NCBI GenBank assembly: GCA_913030825.1
Contig: CAJWCU010000029.1
Span: forward strand, 1 to 32,000
From: an uncultured Rhodospirillaceae bacterium
Lineage (GTDB): Bacteria; Pseudomonadota; Alphaproteobacteria; Rhodospirillales; Casp-alpha2
Length of the DNA stretch: 32,000 nucleotides
Direction of reading: 5' to 3'
A program made the position numbers and the translations under genes. Below the pieces are notes generated by a model. The model was not told the origin of the DNA, made no database searches, and saw nothing but the letters and a program-made list of their open reading frames with translations. Below are positions 12,670 to 21,539 of the stretch, one piece after another. The number at the start of each line of letters is the position of its first letter. Within the stretch, counting starts at the first letter, position 1.

Positions 12670-12926
12670 TTCGCCAGCCGCCTTTAAGACGTTGCCATCA
12701 TGGAGCCCTTACATAATTTCGCCCATTGTCGGGCCATCGGATTCAGCGAAAGCTCGGTCCGCTTGAGGGTGCATTTGCACGACGTTCCCGCGCTCTTCTT
12801 CATCTTTCGCCATCTTTGCGCTTCGTCCTTATTGAATGTTCGTTAAGAGAATCCCCCCCAACTGATCAGGTCTTCGCTAACAATTCTCTTGGCTGGGTCT
12901 GAGCGGCCAGCGTGACGCCCAATGAG

Positions 12927-13013
12927 TGACCCGCCCCTCACTGACTGGTCCAGTTAGAATGTTAGTGCATTGACCTGCCCCCACTGACTGGTCCGGTTTG
13001 AATGTTAGTGCAT
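12927..13013. repeat. Tandem duplication (44 + 43 bp, ~90% identical) of an IS terminal repeat
   Basis: Copy A (12927-12970): TGACCCGCCCCTCACTGACTGGTCCAGTTAGAATGTTAGTGCAT. Copy B (12971-13013): TGACCTGCCCCCACTGACTGGTCCGGTTTGAATGTTAGTGCAT. Copy B overlaps the last codons of the transposase fragment. Confidence 0.8.
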
Positions 13014-13640
13014 CATCCGTTTTTCCTCCATGGGGATGGTGCTTTCCGGTGCCGGCGGCCTGTATCCGAGAGCTGAGTGCGGTCGCTTCGTGTTGTAATG
13101 CTGTCGCCACTGTTCGATGACGATCTGGGCTTCTTTTAGGCTGTAGAAGATTTCGCCATTCAGTAGCTCGTCGCGGAACCTGGCGTTGAAGCTCTCGCAG
13201 TAACCATTCTCCCTGGGTGAACCCAGTTCGATATAGGCAACCTTCGAACCGACGGCGTTGATCCACTGTCTGACGGCTTCCGCGATGAACTCCGGGCCAT
13301 TGTCAGAGCGAATATAAGCCGGAACGCCTCGGATGATGAACAAGTCAGTCAGGGCATCGATTACATCTGCCGAGTTCAGCTTGCGCTTTACCCTGATCGC
13401 GAAGCACTCCCGACTGAACTCATCAATGATGTTGAGCGTTCTACAGGCAAGGCCATCTTCCGTTCAGTGGTGAACGAAGTTGTACGACCAGATGTGGTCA
13501 ACGTGCTGTGGCCTAAGGCGAATACACGATCCGTCAATCAGCCACAGCCGACCGCGCTTCGGCTGCTTTATGGGAACCTTCAGCCCCTCACGGCGCCACA
13601 GGCGTTCGCCCCGCTTGTCGTTCAGCTGCCGCCCGGCTCA
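12971..13640 (-). mobile_element. Truncated insertion-sequence remnant (rve/DDE transposase type, IS3-like end starting TGACCTGCCCCC)
   Basis: Only the 3' two-thirds of the transposase ORF and one terminal repeat are present. The 5' part (OrfA and the opposite end) is absent, and similarity is lost beyond about 13640. Confidence 0.7.
13005..13637 (-). pseudogene. Integrase-core (rve) transposase fragment with an in-frame TGA
   Basis: The frame reads AGRQLNDKRGERLWRREGLKVPIKQPKRGRLWLIDGSCIRLRPQHVDHIWSYNFVHH*TEDGLACRTLNIIDEFSRECFAIRVKRKLNSADVIDALTDLFIIRGVPAYIRSDNGPEF...YNTKRPHSALGYRPPAPE. The TGA is at 13464-13466 and tandem TGA TGA at 13638-13643. Where related transposases carry a conserved WSYDF (as I recall it), this copy reads WSYNF. 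Confidence 0.75.
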
Positions 13641-14062
13641 TCAGTAACCGACAAAGAACCTGTGCCTCACGCCACTGATTCAGTTTTATAGGATCAGGGA
13701 CGCAGGAAGTTTCAGGAGCAGGTTCTTAATGCCTGAAATGCAATGGTATCCCCCGCAACAACAGAATAATTCCCTGATATTCTGTTTAGGGAAATGACCT
13801 GAGGAACGGTCGGAACGTAAGGCTTGCCCTCATAGGTTTGGATCCAATTCGCCGGAAGATCATCAACTTCCCTGTATCTTCCCTGCCGATCAAGGAATTT
13901 ACCCCAGGAAAACTAGAGAGACCGGTTCGCCTCAGGCTGCGCCCACCACCATCACTTCCAAGACACTGATATTTCAAAGAATTACTACAAGTCGACAAGC
14001 ACAAACCTGGGCACCGCGCATGTCCGCATATGACCCAAAGCAGATTCTACGCCCTGATCCGG

Positions 14063-14755
14063 TCATCCCAGCACGTCGCGGGCAACCTCCTCGGTGGTTC
14101 GAATATCGGCAAAACAGCTGGAAAGGCTGACCAGGCTCGTGAAATGGTCTTCTTTTGTCAGAGCCGCCGTTGCATCAGACACGACAAGAACGCGATAATT
14201 GCGCATCATGGCGTCACGTGCCGTAGACTCGCAGCACACATTGGTTGCCACACCCGCAATAATTATATTTTCAATGCCACGTTCTGTGAGTAATGGCTCC
14301 AAATCGCTGGCTCCGGGTGCAAATGGGGAAAACCGGAACTTTTCAAGTCTAACATCTTCAGGGGCAGTCTCGAGCTCCGAAAGGAGGGCGTGATCAGGGT
14401 GGCCTCGTCCCAGGCGGGTCATGTGCTCCCGCGCTTTTGCTTGGCTAAAGAAACGTTCATGGTACTCCGGCCAAGTCGAAACGCCATTTGCCCCCATGGT
14501 ATTCTGGACCCACACCACGAGGCCGCCACGCGAGCGTAGCGTGCTGGCCAGCACGTTGACGTTTTCAGATACCGCCGCAAGGTCAGGCACCAAATCACGA
14601 TAATAGCCCTGCACATCGACGACCAAGAGAGCCGTCTTGGCCGGTTCCAATCGCTCATATACGTGCAAACGGCCTCGCTTTTCCATAACGCGCTGGTCGC
14701 CGCGTCGGAGCGGGTTAACGGGGCCATCTGTAGCGTGGCTGGGGGTACGTTTCAC
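14063..14755 (-). CDS. Isochorismatase-family cysteine hydrolase
   Basis: GTG start with GAAGGAGG about 9 nt upstream. Motifs ALLVVDVQGYY, VVWVQN and IIIAGVATNVCCESTARDA (catalytic Cys region). Confidence 0.8.
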   Translation of the reverse strand: MKRTPSHATDGPVNPLRRGDQRVMEKRGRLHVYERLEPAKTALLVVDVQGYYRDLVPDLAAVSENVNVLASTLRSRGGLVVWVQNTMGANGVSTWPEYHERFFSQAKAREHMTRLGRGHPDHALLSELETAPEDVRLEKFRFSPFAPGASDLEPLLTERGIENIIIAGVATNVCCESTARDAMMRNYRVLVVSDATAALTKEDHFTSLVSLSSCFADIRTTEEVARDVLG

Positions 14756-15090
14756 CTGTTAAGCCTCCTTCGAAACACCGCAAAGATACAGGGTGTAAAC
14801 GACAGAACAAGCGGTGACAGCGAACCAATGTTATGGGATGGCCAACCGCAATAGCCTGCGAAATGTTTCTCAGAATTATTGTGCCAACGTCCGAACGCTC
14901 CGCGATGAATTAGCCGCTAATGGCTAATAGCGGACATTCACACGTTTTAAAGCGATAACGACAATCCAGTGCGCAGCTTCGCCCTGCCTGGCCCACCATT
15001 CCTTCGACGCCTCTGATATTTATGTGTCTTATGGACTGCTAATAAGCACGGGCCCTGGCATCGCCCCTGTCCGCTTTCTGATGGGGAAGG

Positions 15091-15789
15091 CTATTCCGAA
15101 TACTTGTACACATGTTGAAAGGTGCCGTCCGCACGCCGGACGGTTAGCAGAGAAGGTGCCCGGCCACGCACATATCGGCGTGCGGCCTTAATGCCCTCGC
15201 CCTTGTTCTCGAACACCATGGTCGGCGCGTTGGCTCCATCAAGCACCAGTGCCCAGCGCCCATCCGAACCTTTCTGCAGAAAATATTGCGAGGCGCTCGT
15301 TTCCAGGTCCCGGTTCAGGTAGGGCTGCAGTCCTTCATTGACACGCTGAACCATGGCGCGCAGGTCCCAGAACCCGGCTTCCGTGCGGGCTTGCAACTCA
15401 GACCAGCGATGTTCCAGTTCTTGCCAGGATTGATCCCCTGTCTTGCGCCATTCCTTGAGCCGGTCTTTGCTCGTTTTATGGGCCGTTTTCAGGCGCTTCT
15501 CGCCGGTCTCATAATAATCTTCGAGACGTTGGGCGACTTCCTTCCAGTCGATATTGCGGAGCTCCGTGCCAAGGTCTTCCAAATTGCGGCCCAGGTGTTG
15601 CGCATGACCGCGCAAGTCCTCGTACACTTGGCTCCAATCGATCTCTTCGTAGCGCTCGCCCTCGACGAGGCTTAGCTTCTTGCGCGCTTCAACCTGCTCG
15701 CCGCGCATTTTCTCGATACGATCTTTTAGCGCATCCAATTCCTTCTTGGATCGTTCGGCGTACGTTCCGCTGGCAATGGCATCGGCCAT
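15091..15789 (-). CDS. Coiled-coil protein with a C-terminal DUF2188-like domain
   Basis: ATG preceded by AAGGAG. The N-terminal ~160 aa are charged and helical with repeated W-containing heptad-like segments. The C-terminus, QKGSDGRWALVLDGANAPTMVFENKGEGIKAARRYVRGRAPSLLTVRRADGTFQHVY, resembles DUF2188. Confidence 0.6.
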   Translation of the reverse strand: MADAIASGTYAERSKKELDALKDRIEKMRGEQVEARKKLSLVEGERYEEIDWSQVYEDLRGHAQHLGRNLEDLGTELRNIDWKEVAQRLEDYYETGEKRLKTAHKTSKDRLKEWRKTGDQSWQELEHRWSELQARTEAGFWDLRAMVQRVNEGLQPYLNRDLETSASQYFLQKGSDGRWALVLDGANAPTMVFENKGEGIKAARRYVRGRAPSLLTVRRADGTFQHVYKYSE

Positions 15790-16070
15790 GTTCGTCTCCT
15801 TAACTTGCTGTCTTGCATACTCATACGGTCCCCCCGAAAAGCGTTCTCTCGATACAAATAAGAATTGCGGACCACCCTTTCCAGGCCGCCCCCCTATGGA
15901 AAGAGGTGAGTTCGCCGGCCGGTTGGGCGGCCGCCGCTATCAGATAAGGTCGGAATTCTCGATTAGCGCTATCCGCGAACATTCTTTTGCCCGAACGCCG
16001 CGACGCTACCTCGGCTCGCGGCTTCGCCCTCTCCGGCCCACCAATTCTCGGGCATGAACGGTCCGGTCGC

Positions 16071-16985
16071 TTATTCGTGCGAACCGCTGCCCGCCTGGGT
16101 TTTCGTCGCCCCCGTCACGGGCGCGATGCTGGAGCGGGCGAAGTATTCGGTGATCAGATCGCCCATCACGTCGGCGGCGGCGTTGTTGCGCTTGCCGGCG
16201 CGGTAGAGCACCAGGTCGACGCCTTCCAACGCGGGGAAGCTCTCCGCTTCGCCGATGATCCGCATGCCGGGCAGGACCGAGCTTTTGGCGACGACGCTGA
16301 CCGCGCTGCCGCTGAGCACGGCCGCCTGCAGGCCGCTGATCCCCGCGCTGACGAAGGCGATCTTCCACTTCCGCCCGACCGAGGCCAGACCGGCCAGGGC
16401 CAGATCCCGGAACACGTTGCCCGGCGGCAGCACGGCGAGCGGCACCGGATTGTTGGTATGGAGAGACCGTGCCTCGCCGGTCACCCAGACCAGCGGTTCG
16501 CGGGCGACCACGTCGCCTTCGTCGAAGGCCCGCATATCGGTGACCAGAGCCAGATCGATCTCGCCCCGCTTCAACTGAGTGACCAGGGGGCTCGACAGCA
16601 TGGTGCGCAGCTCAACCTCGATATCGGGGAAGGCGCTGGCGAAGCTGGAAAGGATCGGCGGCATCAGATAGGCGGCGTACAGGTCGGGCACACCGAGCAC
16701 GACCTTGCCGCTCAGCTTCGGCGCGGTCAGGCGGACCTTGACCTCTTCCTGAAGGTTCATGATCGTCCGCGCATAACCGAGCAGCAATTCGCCGTCCGGC
16801 GTCAGCACCAGCTTGCGGTTCACGGTCGTGAACAACTTCGCCTGGACGGTTTCCTCCAGGCGCCGCATCTGTAGACTGACGGCCGGCTGGGTGCGTCCCG
16901 TGCGGCGCGCGGTTTCCGACACGCTGCCCGTTTCCACCAGCAGAATGAAGGCCTGCAGCAGGCGTAAATCCAAGGGTTGCTTCAT
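16071..16985 (-). CDS. LysR-family transcriptional regulator
   Basis: N-terminal wHTH (LRLLQAFILLVETGSVSETARRTGRTQPAVSLQMRRLEE) followed by a LysR substrate-binding domain. Divergent from the ABC operon. Confidence 0.9.
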   Translation of the reverse strand: MKQPLDLRLLQAFILLVETGSVSETARRTGRTQPAVSLQMRRLEETVQAKLFTTVNRKLVLTPDGELLLGYARTIMNLQEEVKVRLTAPKLSGKVVLGVPDLYAAYLMPPILSSFASAFPDIEVELRTMLSSPLVTQLKRGEIDLALVTDMRAFDEGDVVAREPLVWVTGEARSLHTNNPVPLAVLPPGNVFRDLALAGLASVGRKWKIAFVSAGISGLQAAVLSGSAVSVVAKSSVLPGMRIIGEAESFPALEGVDLVLYRAGKRNNAAADVMGDLITEYFARSSIAPVTGATKTQAGSGSHE

Positions 16986-17111
16986 CTTCTAACCATTAAA
17001 TATATTTATGGAAATTATTTAAAGAATAAATTTAGTAAATTTTGCACTGCACCCTAAAGTCACTCCTGCGTCATTCAAGTCGGGTTGATCCCGCCACAAC
17101 AGGAGATTGTC
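16986..17111. promoter_or_regulatory. AT-rich divergent promoter region between the LysR gene and the ABC operon
   Basis: CCATTAAATATATTTATGG (imperfect dyad) and the direct repeat TAAATTT-AG-TAAATTT lie in an otherwise high-GC context. This is typical of LysR T-N11-A operator regions. AGGAGA lies before ATG 17112. Confidence 0.4.
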
Positions 17112-18077
17112 ATGTCAGGCACCACACGCCGGAAATTCTTCCATCTCGCCATCGCCGGGGCCTTCTGCGCCTTGGCTGCCGGGGCGTTCACGCCGGCGGC
17201 CGCGGCCGACCGGGTGATCAAGGTCGGCACCTTGAAGCTGATCCACGGTGTCACCCCCTATTTCTACGAGAAGTTCGCACCTGCGGGATACAAGATCGAG
17301 GTCGTCCCCTTCGAAAGCCCCACGGACGGTAAGAACGCCGTGGTCACCGGGACGGTCGATTTCGGGATTTACGGCCTCGCCGCCGCCACCCTGGGCGCCG
17401 CCGCGGGCGAGCCCGTCGTCGTCGTCGCCGCCGCCTGCAACCGCGGCATGGCCGTGGTCTCGGGCGCCGATTCCTCGATCAACACGATCAAGGACCTGAA
17501 GGGCAAGAAAGTCGGCATCTGGCCGGGTTCGACCCAGGAGGTCGTGATCCTGGACCGGCTCAGCGCCGAAGGCATGACCATCAAGGACATCAAGCCGATC
17601 CGCGTGTCATTCAGCGACATGGCCCCGGCGTTGGAGCGCGGCGACCTGGACGCCTATGTCGGCGCCGAACCGGGCCCGGGCATCAGCCTGGCCAAGGGCG
17701 TCGGCAAAATCGTCGAATATCCCTATTCGACGCCGACGGGATCGCTCAACATGGTTCTGACGACCAGCCAGGAGAAGATCGACAAGGACCCGGAACTGGT
17801 CATGACCCTGCTGACCATTCACCGCAAGGCCGCCGAATACGCCATGAAGACCACGTCCGAATTCGTCGCCATCGCGATGCAGAAGCTGGGCCAGCAGAAA
17901 CCGTCCATCGAGAAGGCCGCGCCCAACGTGGAACTGACCTGGATGATCGACGATCTGTTCCTCAAACAAGCCAACTATTACGGCACCCAGATGCTGAACA
18001 AAAAGCAGATCCGCCAGTTGCCCGACTATAAGACCTTCATCAACCCGACCTTCATCACCAAAGTCGCGGGCATGTAA
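17112..18077 (+). CDS. ABC transporter substrate-binding protein (NMT1/SsuA/TauA-like, NitT/TauT family), Tat signal
   Basis: Start at ATG 17112 after AGGAGA. The twin-arginine motif TRRKFF is followed by AAGAFTPAAA. A periplasmic-binding fold with the KGKKVGIWPGS motif. Confidence 0.85.
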   Translation: MSGTTRRKFFHLAIAGAFCALAAGAFTPAAAADRVIKVGTLKLIHGVTPYFYEKFAPAGYKIEVVPFESPTDGKNAVVTGTVDFGIYGLAAATLGAAAGEPVVVVAAACNRGMAVVSGADSSINTIKDLKGKKVGIWPGSTQEVVILDRLSAEGMTIKDIKPIRVSFSDMAPALERGDLDAYVGAEPGPGISLAKGVGKIVEYPYSTPTGSLNMVLTTSQEKIDKDPELVMTLLTIHRKAAEYAMKTTSEFVAIAMQKLGQQKPSIEKAAPNVELTWMIDDLFLKQANYYGTQMLNKKQIRQLPDYKTFINPTFITKVAGM

Positions 18078-18085
18078 TCGTCGAC

Positions 18086-18958
18086 ATGGCCAACGAAGTG
18101 AACACCACTACACCAAGCGAAACGGTTGCGTCCGGGGGCACCCCCCCGGCGCAACCCGCTTTTGGTCGTGCCGTGGCCCGGCGGCTGCGAAAAATCGGCC
18201 TGGGCCTGATCTTCCCCCTGGCCCTGATCGGGTTCTGGGAATTCATGGTCCGCTGGACCGGGACGCGCCTGATCCCGCCGCCCGGCGACGTTCTCACCAT
18301 GATGTGGGATTTCGCCTTCGGCGGCATCTACGAAGACGCCTTTAGCGCCAGCCTGCCGATCCATCTCTGGGTCTCGCTGCAGCGGGTTTACGGCGGGTTC
18401 TTGGCGGCGGCGCTGATCGGCATTCCGCTGGGCGTGGCCCTCGGCCGTTCGCCCCTGCTGCGCGCCATGCTCGACCCGACCTTGTCGTTGCTGCGCCCGG
18501 TGCCCGTCACGGCCTGGCTGCCGCTGTCGATGATCTTTTTCGGCCTGGGGCCCAAGTCGGCGGTATTCCTCGTCTTCCTGGGGGCGTTCTATCCGATCCT
18601 GCTGAACACCGTGTTCGGCGTGAAGTCGGTCGACGAACGGTTGCTTGAAGCGGCCGCCATGCTGGGCTGCAAAGGCTCGCAACTGTTCCGCTCGGTCGTG
18701 CTGCCCGCCGCGACCCCCAGCATCTTCAACGGCCTGCGCCTGGGCCACGGTTTCGCCTGGATCCTGATCGTGGTCGGCGAAATGACCGGGGTGCCCGAAG
18801 GCCTGGGCGCCGTGATCATGGATGGGCGGACGCTGTCGCGCACCGATCTGGTGATCACCGGCATGATCGTCATCGGCGTGACCGGTTTCCTGTCCGATCG
18901 TTTGATCGTCCTGCTCAACAACCGCCTGCTGCGATGGAGCCCTCAGCACCATGTCTGA
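18086..18958 (+). CDS. ABC transporter permease (NitT/TauT family)
   Basis: Multi-pass membrane protein with the EAA-type loop LLEAAAMLGCKGSQLFRSVVLPAATP. Confidence 0.9.
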   Translation: MANEVNTTTPSETVASGGTPPAQPAFGRAVARRLRKIGLGLIFPLALIGFWEFMVRWTGTRLIPPPGDVLTMMWDFAFGGIYEDAFSASLPIHLWVSLQRVYGGFLAAALIGIPLGVALGRSPLLRAMLDPTLSLLRPVPVTAWLPLSMIFFGLGPKSAVFLVFLGAFYPILLNTVFGVKSVDERLLEAAAMLGCKGSQLFRSVVLPAATPSIFNGLRLGHGFAWILIVVGEMTGVPEGLGAVIMDGRTLSRTDLVITGMIVIGVTGFLSDRLIVLLNNRLLRWSPQHHV

Positions 18959-19772
18959 TATCGCCCCCCAAAAGACGGAACATCATCCGCCGATCATCCG
19001 CATCGCTGGTCTGAGCAAATCCTTCCAGTCCGAAACCGGCTCGTTCCAGGCGCTCCGCGGGATCGACCTGGACATCGACAAAGGCGAGTTCGTCTGCCTG
19101 CTGGGCGCGTCGGGCTGCGGCAAATCGACCCTGCTGCGCATCATCGCCGGGTTCGAGACGGCCAGCGAAGGCACGGCCAGCGTGTTCGACCGGCCGGTCG
19201 AAGCGCCGGGCCCCGACCGCGGCATCGTGTTCCAGGACTACGCCCTGTTCCCCTGGCTGACGGTGCACGAAAACATCGCCTTCGGCCCGAAGCACGCCGG
19301 CATGTCGGCCAAGGAAGTCAAACGGATCGCCGACAAGTTCACAGAGATGGTCGGCCTGACCGAGTTCATCCACCATTTCCCGAGCCAGCTTTCCGGCGGC
19401 ATGAAGCAACGGGTCGCCATTGCCCGCGTGCTCGCCAACGACACGGACATCCTGTTGATGGACGAACCGTTCGGCGCGTTGGATGCGTTGACCCGGGCGA
19501 AACTGCAGGAAGAGCTTCTGGATATCTGGCAGCAGACCAAATTGACGGTCATCTTCGTCACCCATTCGGTGGAAGAGGCCGTGGTTCTGGCGGACCGTAT
19601 CGTCGTCATGAGCGCCGGCCCCGGCCGGGTCGATTGCGACATGACCGTCGATCTTCCGCGGCCGCGGGACGTCTCGTCGGAACCGTTCAACGCCATCCGC
19701 CGCACCGTCGCGGAGCGGCTCAGCAGCAACCTTGCGCCGGGCCGCCGGCTGACAGCCGGAGACGCCGCCTAA
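18951..19772 (+). CDS. ABC transporter ATP-binding protein
   Basis: Walker A GASGCGKST, signature LSGGMKQR and Walker B ILLMDEPF. 8-nt overlap with the permease gene. Confidence 0.9.
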   Translation: MSDIAPQKTEHHPPIIRIAGLSKSFQSETGSFQALRGIDLDIDKGEFVCLLGASGCGKSTLLRIIAGFETASEGTASVFDRPVEAPGPDRGIVFQDYALFPWLTVHENIAFGPKHAGMSAKEVKRIADKFTEMVGLTEFIHHFPSQLSGGMKQRVAIARVLANDTDILLMDEPFGALDALTRAKLQEELLDIWQQTKLTVIFVTHSVEEAVVLADRIVVMSAGPGRVDCDMTVDLPRPRDVSSEPFNAIRRTVAERLSSNLAPGRRLTAGDAA

Positions 19773-19773
19773 C

Positions 19774-20640
19774 ATGCCGACCGAACAGACCACCAAAGCC
19801 TATCGCGGCATGGAACGCCCGGCGATCGACGCGGCCTACAACAATTCGGCGGCGGTAAAAGAAAGCCCCGAACATCTGGAAGACTGGCGCCGGCGAAGCG
19901 ACGAGACCCGCGCCCGGCCGACGGCGCGGCTCGACCTGCGCTATGGGCCGAAAGCCAACAACCGCATCGATTTCTTTCCCGCGGCGACGCCCGGCGCGCC
20001 CCTGTTCATCTTTATTCATGGTGGCTATTGGCATCGCAACACGAAGGAAATCTTCGCCTTCGTCGCCGACGGCGCCAATGCCAAGGGCGTCAACGTCGCG
20101 ACGGTCGGGTATACCCTGGCGCCAGATGCGGGGCTGACGGAGATCGTCGCGGAAATCGTGCAATCGATCGATTTTCTGATCGCCGCCGCGGAAGACCTGG
20201 GGTTCGATCCTACCTCCGTCATCGTCGGCGGCTGGTCCGCCGGCGGGCACCTCGCCGCCCTCGCCGCCGATCACCCGAATGTATCCGGCGTGCTGTCGAT
20301 CAGCGGGATTTTCGACCTGACGCCCATCGCGCTCAGCTACATCAACGATGCCTTGGATTTGACGCCTGAGGAAGTCGCCGGGTTGAGCCCGCTGTTCAAC
20401 CTACCGACCAGGAAAATTCCCCATCGCCTGTTCGTCGGCGGTGGCGAACTGCCCGAGCTACAGCGGCAATCGACTGTCTATGCCGAGGCGCTCAACCGGC
20501 ACGGCATCCCGGCGGCCTTGGAAATCGTGCCGGACCTCAACCATTTCACCATCGTCAACGAGCTGGCGGCCGAAGGCGGCAGCCTGCTGAGCGGACTTCT
20601 CCGTCTCGTCAATCAGGTCGCGTCGACACCCGCGACCTAA
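19774..20640 (+). CDS. Alpha/beta hydrolase, arylformamidase (kynurenine formamidase)-like
   Basis: HGGYW oxyanion motif and the nucleophile elbow GGWSAGGHL. The ATG starts 1 nt after the ATPase stop. Confidence 0.7.
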   Translation: MPTEQTTKAYRGMERPAIDAAYNNSAAVKESPEHLEDWRRRSDETRARPTARLDLRYGPKANNRIDFFPAATPGAPLFIFIHGGYWHRNTKEIFAFVADGANAKGVNVATVGYTLAPDAGLTEIVAEIVQSIDFLIAAAEDLGFDPTSVIVGGWSAGGHLAALAADHPNVSGVLSISGIFDLTPIALSYINDALDLTPEEVAGLSPLFNLPTRKIPHRLFVGGGELPELQRQSTVYAEALNRHGIPAALEIVPDLNHFTIVNELAAEGGSLLSGLLRLVNQVASTPAT

Positions 20641-21539
20641 GCGACCCGTTCGGCGCGAACCTTGTCTTCGGGGTATTGGTAGCGCGGCGTTTCGTCCCGC
20701 GCGCCCCGGGTATCGGACTGGTCGTCGTTGATGGTCTTATCCTTCCAGTCGGGATCGATATCGTCCCAATCGCGGCCCATGTCGACGATGGTGCCGGGCT
20801 CGGCCACGGTCTCCAACAGCCCGAGCGCACCCTTCAGCACCTCGTACTGATCCTCGGGATTGTTGGGCTTTCCGGCCGTATGGCCCAGGGGGTAGTCGAT
20901 GAACGCGGCGCGCGGCGGCTTGACCGACTGGACGATGTCCAGCGCGCTGATCGACAGCGTCGTGGGGATGCCGTCGTCTTCCAGGGCGCGGGCCAGCATC
21001 GACATGGTTTGATGACAGACCGGGCACATGGGGATCAACAGCACGGCGTCCGCCCCCAGATCCCGAACGGTTTCCAGGATCGACGGGGTAACGATCTCGC
21101 GTACCTTGCGGCTGGAATAGATGCCGCCCATCAAGGAAATCAGCGGATCGACGATCTCGCCGACGACGCCGTCGCGTTCCAGGCGGGCGAGCGCGTTGAT
21201 CGGGACCAGGCAATTGGGTTCCGCCCGGGCGTCGGGCAGAAAGCGTTCGGCGACATGGCTGAACCGCAGGTCCGCCGTATCCACGTCCTTCGAGATCATC
21301 CGCATGCCCGTGTCGTCTTTGTAATGAAAGGCGACCTGCCCCACGACGTAGGCACCGCCCGAGACGATGACCGAGACCCTGCTTTCGCCGAGCGGCTTGG
21401 ACGGCTTGACCAAGCCCGACGGGTCGTCGTTATGAACCCAGCGGTAATCGTCGTAGCCGTGGCTGCGATAGCGGTCGCGAGTCAGTCTGATGTATTCGAC
21501 GGGCCAGGTGATCCGGTCGTTGGTTGCGTCGTTAGGCAT
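20637..21539 (-). CDS. GrdB-family (glycine/sarcosine/betaine reductase component B-like) protein, Cys-type with no in-frame TGA
   Basis: Start at ATG 21539 (MPNDATND) after GGAGGAGAAG. 8-nt overlap with the CoA-transferase stop. The central motif DAVLLIPMCPVCHQT...GIPTTLIS...PPRAAFIDYPLGHTAGKP resembles GRDB-family proteins. Confidence 0.55.
   Translation of the reverse strand: MPNDATNDRITWPVEYIRLTRDRYRSHGYDDYRWVHNDDPSGLVKPSKPLGESRVSVIVSGGAYVVGQVAFHYKDDTGMRMISKDVDTADLRFSHVAERFLPDARAEPNCLVPINALARLERDGVVGEIVDPLISLMGGIYSSRKVREIVTPSILETVRDLGADAVLLIPMCPVCHQTMSMLARALEDDGIPTTLSISALDIVQSVKPPRAAFIDYPLGHTAGKPNNPEDQYEVLKGALGLLETVAEPGTIVDMGRDWDDIDPDWKDKTINDDQSDTRGARDETPRYQYPEDKVRAERVA

Noticed and set aside
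12877-13266. 129-aa minus-strand ORF overlapping the IS end
   Set aside because: It is an alternative frame of the rve transposase fragment. The transposase frame carries the recognisable SDNGPEF...RPHSALGY motifs.
13715-13912. 66-codon open minus-strand frame (FSWGKFLDRQGRYREVDDLPANWIQTYEGKPYVPTVPQVISLNRISGNYSVVAGDTIAFQALRTCS) that looks protein-like; also track ORF 13786..14004
   Set aside because: It has no ATG, GTG or TTG anywhere in the frame and no family I can name. It may be a gene remnant in the debris next to the IS, but that cannot be supported from sequence alone.
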